Of a stretch of 64,000 bases of DNA, positions 25,335-36,459 are shown piece by piece. The position numbers and the translations under genes were made by a program. Numbering within the stretch: position 1 is the first letter of the stretch; each line of letters opens with the position of its first letter. The notes beneath the pieces were generated by a model. It worked only from the letters and a program-made list of their open reading frames with translations, searched no databases and was not told where the DNA came from. The stretch is from TPA_inf: Saccharomyces (lineage: Eukaryota): contig BK006948.2 of NCBI GenBank assembly GCA_000146045.2, positions 672,001 to 736,000 of the forward strand, written 5' to 3'.

Positions 25335-26767
25335 AGAACTTGGTGAATTTTGAAGCATTATTGCGATACACATATGTATATGTTGATAATTGGTGGCTAA
25401 GCTTCTAGTTTGTAGGCTTAAGTAACTTCACTCGTTGGCACTTACGAGCTTGGCATTTAATGGAACAGAAAATAAGCCGTAAATCGGCCCTACTTTAAGT
25501 ATAAGAAATATGCGAAATTTGATATGATCGTTTGAATTACTTTTTGAAAAAGAAAATACCATTAGTAACATACAATATAAGAAGCTCGTCTCCTGGATTT
25601 GGAAATCCACAAAAGATTATCAACAATGCCACGAATAACATAATTGCTTCCCCCTCCTGTTAATTGCTTTAACTCATTATTGCATCGTTAACAGTTGTTA
25701 CTAAATTTGATTTTTGTTTCTCATCATATATGTAATCTTCAAACGCCAGTATAATTATACGCTCGCAACAGCTACCATACATTAATGAACCGATGAAAAT
25801 ATCCCGTTTGATGATAACTGGCAATTAAATGACAGTATTAATTAATAATCAAAGCTGATCTTATATTCCTATAAAAGAGAAGCGTATAAAACACACGTGG
25901 ATTGGGGGTGCTTTATACGTAAACTGTGATTTCAGTAATTTTCGCTGTAAGATCAAAGTAAAGACACATTCCCTTATATGTAAAGTTCAAATTCATTGTT
26001 CCACTAATAGACCGTCAACTTTTCTTTTGGATTTTCAGCCCGAACAGGTTGCTTATTATTAACTTCCTTACAACAAGGTACAGTCAGTGCATTATATAGA
26101 TCTATACAACCATGTGCCTTTGTGTTTTCTAAGGCTATACTGAAAATAAATTGGTAATTTATAATTTCTATCTTCACGCGCTTTCTCACTAACAAGACTT
26201 GACCTCTCAAATAAGTGGCGCAGATGCTCTAGAAAAGGTTTCTTATCAAATAAGTTTTGCTCTTTAATCGCACAATGCAATGCAAGTTATTTTTTTTTTT
26301 TTGATTTAATGACTTTCGATTTCCTCTCATAGGCAACCGGTACTTATCATAAGTACGTAATAAGAAAAGTATGTCGCAGGACGTCATAAGCTCAGACTTG
26401 AACAAAAGAGTAACAAAATCGCCTCCACCTAATTTTCAGCCCTACTAGAGCCTGATAGGATATCGGCACTGAAGCTGATAAGAGAATCAATGAAAATATC
26501 ATCCTCAACAGAAATACTGAAAAGAAGCGGTAGTTTTTTTTTCTTGTTACAATTATCAGCCAAACAAAAACAGTGATCTGAATCGTCAATCAAACATTAG
26601 TGGAAGAATGAAATAATCGAAATGACCTCTATATCCTGTACGACCAACAAGCTTAATAGTAGTGTTTCCTGGGACTAAAGAGTGTGTTTAATTATCTCGA
26701 ATTTTAATACTAGCGAAAGATCTTGAATGAACACTAAGTATGATCATTTTATTAGGTTTTTTGCTCA

Positions 26768-28567
26768 TTAGGCAATTTGTTTTTCACTGGAAGTAGAGGA
26801 TTCCTTTTCATTATCTTTCTGATGAACAATTTCAAACACTTTTGTGTTTTCTGAACTAGTTTTTGTCAACTCAGGTAGTTCATCATCGGAGCTCTCAGGT
26901 TTGTATTCGTGTCCACTTGTGAAGCATTCGCCTAATGTGTAAGCACGGATTTCTTCTTCAGAAATTTCACTGTATGGAACCATGCCCTTCTTCCTTGCTT
27001 CTTCGTCGGTAAACGCACCGTAGTAATCTTTGTCATCATGTTTGACAGTAATTTTGAATGGGAAGAGGAGGCATAGTCCCCAATAGACGAAAAAGGAAAT
27101 CAAAAAGGAGAAGAAAGAATCACCATAGAAAAAATTTATAATACCAGTGTTGTGGAAATAGTCATTATTGACTTCCCAAGCGATACCAGGTAGACCGGGA
27201 GCCATACCACACACCCAGGCAACGATAGCTCTCCAGTTGACACCCTTGGTAAAATAGTATTCACCCTTTAGAACAAAGGCATTGGTAACGGAGTATTGTC
27301 TCTTCCTGATGAGGAAATTATCACAGATCATGACAGTGATAATAGGTGTCATTACGACACCGAAAGAGCTCATAACAGTCAAGAAAGTAGAAGAAGAGTT
27401 GTAAAAGTTCCATGGCAAACAGGCCCAGGAGACGCATGCGGCAAAAATAGCACCTCTCTTAATATCAACATATTTCGGTAATAAACCAGCCAAATCCATA
27501 CCACTGGCAAACCCACAGTTGGAGATGGTATATGAAATTTGAGACATTACAAAACAAAAACCACAGAAGAATGTAGCTGCACGCGCGCCTGCAGAATAGT
27601 TAGTTGTCAACCAGTTGTCAAAGATGTCCATAGGCATCCAAAATGTTTGACCGTATAATTTTTCACAAGCAGAAGCACCAATGATACCGAATACTGGGAT
27701 CAAGGTTGCTGGTATTAGTAAAGCAACTATAGTACCAGTCCAGATAGCGCAATTAGAGGAACCAAATCTGGAGAAGTCACTTTGATTGGTACAGCCTGGA
27801 GAAACAGAACCGTACCAGTACGAGATCGTATAAACCCAAGCCCAAGCCTTTTTAGAGCCAGTAACTGTGGAATGAGTAGAAGTGAACAAGTCACCAACAC
27901 CATGTGCGCTCTTAGTTAAGTAAATTACCATACCCAACATGGCGAAGAAAGTACCAACACACGACCAAATTAAAATATAGTTCATATGGTATGGCTTCAT
28001 AAAGTAACAGAACGCGGTAAGGATATGGAAGATAATGAAGCCGATCAATTCCTTGGTGGTCATGGCAACTTTCGAGGACAAAGTATTGGGCAGATGCAAA
28101 TAGTGGTGAGACCAAGAATCTAATATCATGTTTACACAAAGCCCACCTAACCAAGCGTTGGAACCATAATAGACAATACTCATCAATATTCTGATAATGA
28201 TACCAAGAGCTGAACCGTAAATCCCAAAGACGAATCTTTGAGCTAGAGTGAAGCCGACCTTCCAGTCATAGCCAGGACAAGAGTTGGCTAAAGCAAACAG
28301 GATGGTCAACAAATCAGCAATAATAAACGCACCGATGGTCTCTGAGTAACTTAACCCAACAGTTAATGCAGACGAACCGCCTATCCACATACCAACGTTG
28401 AAGGACAGAACACCCCAATACGCAAAATTAGACCAAAACCCCCACGTTTGATTAACAGACTTGATAGGTTGCAAATCAGGGTTCCTTAAAAAATTCACGG
28501 AGGCCCTATTTTTAACAGGAATTTCCAAAAATCTCAAAGCCCTGGAGATTCTCGTACCGAAACTCAT
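26768..28567 (-). CDS. THI72: THI72, NCS1-family thiamine/nucleobase transporter, 599 aa
   Basis: ATG at 28567..28565. The polytopic membrane protein MSFGTRISRALRFLEIPVKNRASVNFLRNPDLQPIKSVNQTWGFWSNFAYWG... is uracil/allantoin/thiamine permease-like. Confidence 0.9.
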   Translation of the reverse strand: MSFGTRISRALRFLEIPVKNRASVNFLRNPDLQPIKSVNQTWGFWSNFAYWGVLSFNVGMWIGGSSALTVGLSYSETIGAFIIADLLTILFALANSCPGYDWKVGFTLAQRFVFGIYGSALGIIIRILMSIVYYGSNAWLGGLCVNMILDSWSHHYLHLPNTLSSKVAMTTKELIGFIIFHILTAFCYFMKPYHMNYILIWSCVGTFFAMLGMVIYLTKSAHGVGDLFTSTHSTVTGSKKAWAWVYTISYWYGSVSPGCTNQSDFSRFGSSNCAIWTGTIVALLIPATLIPVFGIIGASACEKLYGQTFWMPMDIFDNWLTTNYSAGARAATFFCGFCFVMSQISYTISNCGFASGMDLAGLLPKYVDIKRGAIFAACVSWACLPWNFYNSSSTFLTVMSSFGVVMTPIITVMICDNFLIRKRQYSVTNAFVLKGEYYFTKGVNWRAIVAWVCGMAPGLPGIAWEVNNDYFHNTGIINFFYGDSFFSFLISFFVYWGLCLLFPFKITVKHDDKDYYGAFTDEEARKKGMVPYSEISEEEIRAYTLGECFTSGHEYKPESSDDELPELTKTSSENTKVFEIVHQKDNEKESSTSSEKQIA

Positions 28568-31427
28568 AATGGTGTAATGCTAGAGTTTTTTTTGCTTGAT
28601 AGTATATCAGATATGAGAGCAATAGATGATGATACAAGTTCTACAGTGGAAAATAACATGGTACACGCTCTTGGCAACATTGAAATTACAGCTCTCATAT
28701 ATAAAAAATGGAAAGAAAAAAGAGAAGAAAAAAGAGAAGAAATGAATTCTATTATGATAGCGAATGCAAAATATTCGTCCACATTCTTTTATCTATTGTC
28801 TTCCTTCTTTCTGTGCAACTACCAGAAAAAGCTATTTCATCTAGTCGAGTAGACTAATTAATGAATTATCTCGTCTTCCATATAAATTAATAAGGCAACC
28901 AGCAGGAGACGCCTATTGTTAAGCGTATTACGAAACCTGCGGATCTGTGCGCTATTGTTATGCCAGTGAAGGAGCCTGTCATCATGCACTCATGTGCCCG
29001 CGCGCGCGCTTCTGTGACTACAACTTATTGTAGGGCGTAGTACACTGACGCCTAGCGCTCAAAATACACATATGCAGTGTGGCCGACTATGCGATGAAGC
29101 GGAACAGTCTATCTTATGTGAATGGTTGCAAAATGCCGTTATATGGATACTACGGTGCGAACACGTATTTATAATAGGATAATCTTGTATCTATTCGTTT
29201 TATGCTACTAGTTCTAACCTTTAGGAAGTGTCCTTCACAATATCAGCCCTACATGCAGTGGTCTTCGTAAATCCTGTGAGGTTTTGTCTCATTTCTCTAT
29301 GCTGGAAGGGCTTCGTAGAAGATTCCGCAAAATAATGGAATTGAAGCCCTGCGCCAAGCAAGCCTCACGAGGATCGTCGGTTCTGAGACGTAACCACGCT
29401 CTTGAATCTTGTTTATGTGATCAGCAATGACGTCTTCGGTGGTAATACCATTTCATTCCGGAAAAGATGAGTTTGTAGTCGGTTAGGGAGTACCGTGGCG
29501 TCCTTTCCTATTTCTGCAAATTTGCTGTCCATGTTGGCAACTACTCTCAAAGGTGGCAACTGCTTAGTAAATAGCCATATCGCTCAGAGATACATATCAA
29601 GAAACTCTAGCCAGATGATCACGAATCCCGAAGCGATGTAATTTTCCGTGAGGCAGTCCTGAATCAGGCCGTAGATTGACTATTAGCATCTCTTTTTGAG
29701 TATGCTAAGAAGTAGAGGGCTACCTTATTCCCACACACTTTTTACCACGGGCGAAACATTTATTTTCAAGTCCCAGCACAGTGATGGGATGAAGTCCAGG
29801 ATGCGTCATACGGTCCTATGGCAAACTTCGGGGAAGGTTTAATATGCTGCTTTCAAGCAGGATTAACGGTAATCAACTCCCTAGGCAAATTGGCTCAACT
29901 CTGCCTATCTATCCACTGAGGATTTCAAATCCACCGAATGGGAGAATATGTCAGTGTCCATTTTGGAGTAAGGTATGAGTTCTTTTTTCGTCAGCTTTTC
30001 TTCTATATCTTACAATTGCTTATCTTAAACCACCGATATTTTTGCAGTCCCTTCATCATCGAGCACAATGGCCTATACGTTGAAATTTTGGTTTTGGTTT
30101 GAAGCCCACTCATCTTGGCATCGCTGACGTGTTTTCTTCCAAGATTTAAAGAGGACTACTCGGTGCAGGTGGACATCTCGAATGAATATGTTACCTAGCT
30201 TGATCTCCTCCATCAAATTACAACCTTTTTGCAGTGAATTTTGATACATGGATTTCGGAGCTTAAACACGTATTAACTGAAATTCAGGCATGGCGAGAAA
30301 ATTCCCATCAGAACTTGAAGAATACTCTAAATACTACTGAGATAAACCGAGAGGTGACGTGAAATTCTTCCCAGATGTTCAATATATTATGAAAAACCAT
30401 CCAGCTGAATTACCTCATTTGCAGATCAATTTCAAAGGCTTCGGTTCGGGGATAATGAGACATTCTGTCCAAAATGTCCCATTTATTACAGCCTCGGAAT
30501 TAAGGTGCTTGATACTGTTCTCATAAACATGTGACTGCATTGGTGGTTGATGGAGTAATGATACCACTGAGCGGTTTCAAATGCTAAAAGTCTTTTGAAG
30601 CTATCACAGTTACCCTCGGATTTGGCAGTCTAATTCAAGTGCCGTAGATACCGTGGCATTGAAATATTCGAGGCAGTTATTAGCAATGCTCAAGAGGATA
30701 TTATGCGGAGTGCTACCCTATTTGCATTTTTATGATGTCATTGACGATGCGAGAAAGTCTAACATGATTAGATTGGCACCTGCACATTATATATTGCGTT
30801 TCTGAACTTGTACATTGTAATGAATGTGTTTAGGAAACCGATGAGTAAATCATAAACCAAGGTGGGATCTCATTATCAATTTTTTTTTCATATCAGTTAC
30901 AATAAATATAACTTGAATAATTTTTCAATGATTGTCGAATTTCTAAAACATTCACACATTCTGAGAATAATAGAGCAAGGTTTTCGAAGATACAAACCCC
31001 ATTAGCACCCTAATTTGTTGTACTTGTGTTTTTTCACCACTAGCACATCGTTTTACGATTCTTGAAAGGCTAGATGGAATAGTGCAGAGCCCAAAGGATA
31101 ATATCCATAGTTAAACAGCCGTTCTTTGCGACCTGAATGATTGCTTACTTTGATTTTGTTGCATTACAGGCTTTGGTAATAGCAAAGTTTGTCGCCAAAT
31201 CTGTTTTACCGTTAGAAAAGCTACTTCTCTTCAAGACGTCATTCTCAGCTTGACCTACAGAATGCTACTTATCCAACATATCACGTAAAATCTAAGATAT
31301 ACTATATGATAGAAGCGCAGATTACCGGATCTAAAATAATTGTCTGGGTATTTATTCATGTGGGTTATTTATCCAAGCAAGAATTTGACCCAACGTGCTC
31401 TATCTTGTTTGATTCACTAAGGTTTCT

Positions 31428-31665
31428 ACTGTGAATTCTACGAATTTTGTGATAATGGTAGGGTTTCCATTCTTTTCAAAGGCTGTAATATTAGGTATAC
31501 AGAATATACTAGAAATTCTCCTCCAGGATATAGAAATCCCCAAAATGGAATCGGTAGTTCAACAAATAATATTACGATTATTTCTCAATCTTTATGCCAT
31601 CTTCTTTCACCGCATGTAATAGTATACTAGTAACACTAATACTATTTAACAGATGACATTTTAGA
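31428..31665 (-). repeat. Solo Ty1/Ty2 delta LTR. It is divergent, internally deleted and 3'-truncated, and reads as minus orientation
   Basis: The plus strand reads tgtgaatt...ggtagggtttccatt...ctgtaatattaggtatacagaatatactagaaattctcctccaggatatagaaatcc...agtatactagtaacactaatact..., collinear with the reverse complement of the Ty2 LTR in this window. No PBS is adjacent. Confidence 0.6.
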
Positions 31666-31763
31666 GTTGGAGGAGAACTTCTAGTATATTCTGTATATAT
31701 AATATTATAGCCTTTATCAAAAATGGAATCCAAACAATTATCTCAAAATTCACCAATATCTTA
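31666..31763 (+). repeat. Delta LTR fragment, the 3' ~100 bp (U5 end), plus orientation, abutting the previous delta
   Basis: ggaggagaacttctagtatattctgtatatataatattatagcctttatcaaaaatggaatccaaacaattatctcaaaattcaccaatatctta matches the canonical 3' end of delta (GAGGAGAACTTCTAGTATAT...AAAAATGGAATCCCAACAATTA...). Confidence 0.6.
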
Positions 31764-32058
31764 CGTTGATTCTGTTGGAACGAGAGTAATTAATAGTGAC
31801 ATGAGTTGCTATGGTAACAATCTAATGCTTACATCGTATATTAATGTACACCTCGTATACGTTTAAGTGTGATTGTGCCTATTGCAGAAGGAATGTTAAA
31901 CGAGAAGCTCAGACCATACTGAAGCTGTGTTAAAGACCTATTAGTTGAACATGATATGGTAGGTACATATATGAGGAATATGAGTCGTCACATCAATGTA
32001 TAGTAACTACCGGAATCACTATTATATTGGTCATGATTAATATGACCAATCGGCGTGT

Positions 32059-32063
32059 GTTTT
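32059..32063. repeat. Left copy of the Ty2 5-bp target-site duplication (GTTTT)
   Basis: GTTTT immediately flanks both LTR ends (32059..32063 and 38025..38029). Confidence 0.85.
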
Positions 32064-32396
32064 TGAAAAGTGGGTGAATTTTGAGATAATTGTTGGGATT
32101 CCATTTTTAATAAGGCAATAATATTAGGTATGTAGAATGTACTAGAAGTTCTCCTCAAGGATTTAGGAATCCATGAAAGGGAATCTGCAATTCTACACAA
32201 TTCTATAAATATTATTATCATCATTTTATATGTTAATATTCATTGATCCTATTACATTATCAATCCTTGCGTTTCAGCTTCCACTAATTTAGATGACTAT
32301 TTCTCATCATTTGCGTCATCTTCTAACACCGTATATGATAATATACTAGTAACGTAAATACTAGTTAGTAGATGATAGTTGATTTTTATTCCAACA
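32064..32396 (-). repeat. Ty2 3' LTR (delta), 333 bp
   Basis: By eye it is identical to the 5' LTR sequence. It is bounded by the PPT on its inner side. Confidence 0.9.
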
Positions 32397-32418
32397 TACC
32401 ACCCATAATGTAATAGAT

Positions 32419-35400
32419 CTAATGAATCCATTTGTTAGTTAATAGTTTAAATGTTTTTATCGGAAGAGGTTTTGTCATCACATCAGCAATGTTCTTATTG
32501 GTCTCGATGTAGTATACGTATAAATTATTACCTGATACTTCATCTCTAAGTCTCATTGCCTTCGTGCCAAAAAATCTGTTTCTAAATTTCTCTTCATTTG
32601 TAGACTTAATTATACTGATCGTTGATCTACTATCAGTAAGTAAGCCTTTAATAATTGGTTTCTTGTTAAGTTCTTGCACAAGGTGACTGAGGTTATTCAA
32701 TAGCGGTATAGCTTCACTGACTGCGTGTATTTCTGCTTCTGTAGTTGAAGTGCATGTTAACGAAGCCTTTGTCGACTTTCCTCCAATCACTTTTCCGTTG
32801 AGTAGGAAAATGTTACCAATTTGTGACTTGTAATATGGTTGGTTACCATATGAAGCATCGCTTATTGCGACTAGTTTATTATCTGGCTTGGTAGGTTTGT
32901 TTTTGTGCCATATTAATTGTTTATCTCTAGTGTCCCACATGAATTGTATTAACTCATATGTCATGTCTAAAACTTGCCTAGAGGGGAATAGTATATGTTG
33001 AGCAAGTGTGTTGATGTAGTATAGTAAGTCAAATCTAAATTTATATCCAACATATGAAGCTAGACCAATCAACTTTTGCATTTCATGCACTTTCTCTTTG
33101 TATTCATCTTCATCTATTTCTAGTTCATCCTGGTCTATATAATGACCTGGTTGACCTGGAGCTCTAAGTTTCTTTCCTTTTGGGTTCAAAGGTACGTTTA
33201 GTTTGGGTAATTTTTCTGTCAAGGATTTTTCCATACCTAATTTCATGTACTTGCTTCTTTGATATTTGATCTCTAATCCAAGTATGTCGTACTGAATTTC
33301 GTTATCACCTTCACCCAGATTTATTATCTTTGTATCGTATTGTTTCTTGAGTGTTGTTATGATTTTCTTATTTGCATTTAAGTCTTTGCTAAATAAAATC
33401 ATGTCGTCAACGAATAAGCAAATTGTTACTTGACTATTCTTAAATACGCATGACCATCCGCGAACTTCTTGCATGTCGCAACAATTTATTAAATATGATT
33501 TAATGGTTTCATACCAGTTTGCACCACTTTGTTTCAAACCATAGAGTGATTTTCTCAAACGTAGTAATTTATCATTCAAACCTAAATGTGGTGGAGGTCT
33601 TATGTATAATTCTTCTTTGATATCAGCATATAAGTAAGCAGAGGATATGTCCAGCTGTGTGATATAATAGTCGTTGTCTAATGCGATTGACAGTGACGTC
33701 ATCAGTGCATAGTGATGTACGGTATTGGATTGCATATCAGAATCATATGTATCGGGGTGTTGAATGTCGCCTCTTGCAACAAATCTAGCTTTGTGTGTAC
33801 CATCACGTTTCTTGTTAAATATAAACATTGAGTTTATTACTTTTTTAGGATCTATGTCATTTCTATCATAATATTTGTTTGTATCCCAAGTGTTCATTTT
33901 CAATAGTTGGCTAATTTCTTTATGATAAGCTTCAACATATCTGTCTTTTTCTTTGTTGTCTTTATTATAAGTAATTGCTTCATCATATCTTAAGGTCGTT
34001 CGAACTGGTTTGATCGATTTCACTCCTTTTATTGCTGCAATTAAATTTATGCGTTTCTTCGATCTTGGTGGTTCCAGACTTCTCATATTCTTATTATTCC
34101 ATGTGTCTCGGGATACCTCAATTTCAGTTTCATTATCTTCTAATGATCTTTTCTTACTTTTGGTAGTAGTCAGAACATTAGAATCATCCATACCACCCAA
34201 ACTGGAATTAGTCTGACGAGAGTGTATGTGTGGAATATCTTTTGAAACATCAGAAGTGTCCGTAGGAGATTGATGGGTTAAGTCAGGAAGTGGGAGGTCG
34301 TCAAGAATAGAATCAGCCGTAACATTTTTTGAGGATTTGTCAGGCATTATATTAGGAGTCGCATGGTCAGAAGATCGATATTCTGGCGGATCCGTATCAA
34401 TGGAGGGTGTATTATCACATGCAGCCTTTGTTTCTATGGAGATGATGGGAGTAGTGGATTCACTGTTGGACGAACGGTCATCTATTGAGGGCGTACTATT
34501 TGTAGTCCTGTATTTGATATTTGTATCACTATTTCGTTGAATATATGGTTCCTCCGTACCACCCAAACGTGTAGTTTTGATGTTTTCAAGTCCATAATTA
34601 ACTCTATCCTGTGAGGTCAAATCAATCATATCGTTGGGACTACCAGGTCGCTTTTGGTTTCGTGCAGTGAAGGTAGACGAGTGTCTAGGTGAAGTAGTAT
34701 CTGATTCAATGGTACCACCCATTTCGGTACTCTCTTTATTAATGATATGGGGTGTACGAGATCGTATAGTAGATGGAAGAATATTGTATTCAGATATGTC
34801 GGCATCAACTTCTTTTGGTGCACGTACCTTTTGGACTGGTTCCTTGTCTAATTGTAAAGGGTTCAATGATTGGGACGAGAAATCGTTCACTAGAGGATCA
34901 GAGTTTATTTCAATCTCCGATTGATAGTCATGATCAGATTCTGTATTTTGATCATATGACTGCTCCGTTTCATTTTGTTCAATAAAAGATTGGTTATGGG
35001 CTGTTAAACGATTGAGATCATCATCAAAAGTGAGTGTATCGTAGTCGAACTGGTCCAATTTCGTTTGCTTGTTTTGTAATATAACGTAATTGGTAGTATC
35101 TACTGTCTTTTTTAAGGATGGAAGATAGATAATATAGCCATAAGAGTTTCGTGATGGATGTAAGGCGTAACCTGGAATGCCACGAGGATGTATTTTCGAG
35201 TCGGGATTATGGTTGTTAACTATAACCGGTTGACCGAAAGGTAGTATAGTAGTAATGTCCAGTCCAGCTAAACCTGCATGTTGTCTTGCAGATTTATCGT
35301 TTTTTGGTGAGACTAATGAATTTCTGATTATAGTAGAAAATTCGACTGCTGAGAACCATAGATGATTTGGTAGACCACTGCAATGAAGCAGTGTGCGACA

Positions 35401-36459
35401 ATCGTTTAATAAAGTACGATTTAATCGTTCAGCGACACCGTGTGCTCTAGAATCTGCCGTGGTTGTATAGCATGCAGTAATACCTCTGTTCGTAAAGAAC
35501 TTATGAAGAGTTTTGTTAGTGTACTCGGAGCCACGATCCATCTGGATAACTAGAACGCGAGCATTGAATTGGTTCTTAATAAATGCTAATATCGATGTAA
35601 AAACATTGAGGATAGATTCTTCACGACGGTCGTGTAATGGGTACACCCATTGGAATCTGGTTTTCTCATCTGTAAACGATATAAAGTAAGAAGGTGCACT
35701 TTTCGGTAAGTGATGTACAGGACCAAATATATCGGTATGCAAGTACTGAAAAGGCTCATATGATTCTTGGTACTTTAGTCGTGATCCTTTGACATGCCTA
35801 TGTTTCGTGCTTTTGCCGATTAGACAGTCAGGACATTGATATGTGCTAGCGTTAGACCATTCAATATCCGATTCTTTCAAATATGTAACTGCATTCTTCT
35901 TAAGAGACTTCTGAATACTTCGGAAGTTAGCATGTCCAAGCATTCGATGTATTAACGGATATGGATATTTATTTACGCTTTTGCTTTTGTTGACGTTGTT
36001 TATTGTTAGCTTTGAAATGTGCGAAGGAATTAGGTATTTTTTAGATAACCAGTAAAAGTCTCCATGTTTGACTATGGGAGCTAGTACTGTACCATCCGAT
36101 CTTTCTAAAGTGTTTCTGGTAAAGCAGGCAGTAATATTTTGGTTAGCCAGCTCACTCAAACTTAATAGATCATAGGCTATGTTTGGTGTGTGTAGTGCTT
36201 TTATTGATGTTTTGGTGCCGTTCTGAAAGTTGAAGTGAAGATTACCAATGGCATTTATAGGAATGTCTTGTTTTTGAGCATCGACTATGTTTATTTCAGA
36301 ATTGGGTGTTGCATGGTGTAAATAATGGGCTGATCTGACAAGCGTTTGCGAAGCTCCTGAATCAATAAGAAGGTGATCAGGTAGTTCGTCATTCGAGTCT
36401 ATTGTGCGTGTTGGCTTAGATTCTTTCTGTTGCTGGCCTAAGACTAAGTTCGTTGTCAT
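32419..36459 (-). CDS. Ty2 TYB (Pol: protease, integrase, reverse transcriptase, RNase H), expressed as a TYA-TYB fusion by +1 frameshifting
   Basis: The 1346-codon frame carries the integrase zinc finger (HANFRSI...CPDC), RT motifs ([10 protein letters not shown]) and an RNase H region. The CTT-AGG-C frameshift heptamer lies at 36442..36436. Confidence 0.9.

Noticed and set aside
29461-29500. tagtcggttaggg, resembling a tRNA A-box or D-loop
   Set aside because: There is no acceptor-stem complementarity, no B-box (GGTTCGANTCC) and no terminator within the expected distances. It is not a tRNA.
29971-30050. GTATGAGT ... TTTGCAG, looking like an intron donor and acceptor
   Set aside because: There is no TACTAAC branchpoint between them, and yeast introns require it almost invariantly. 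There is no flanking exon ORF.
28853-31427. Possibility that the ORF-free block is a mitochondrial DNA insertion (NUMT), with in-frame TGA read as Trp
   Set aside because: The base composition is far too GC-rich for S. cerevisiae mtDNA, and there are no GC-cluster or ori-like motifs.
31988-32224. 78-aa [23 protein letters not shown]...[21 protein letters not shown]...
   Set aside because: This is the TYA N-terminus encoded inside the 3' LTR reading out into flanking DNA, an LTR-derived artefact and not a host gene. It may correspond to a dubious small-ORF annotation.
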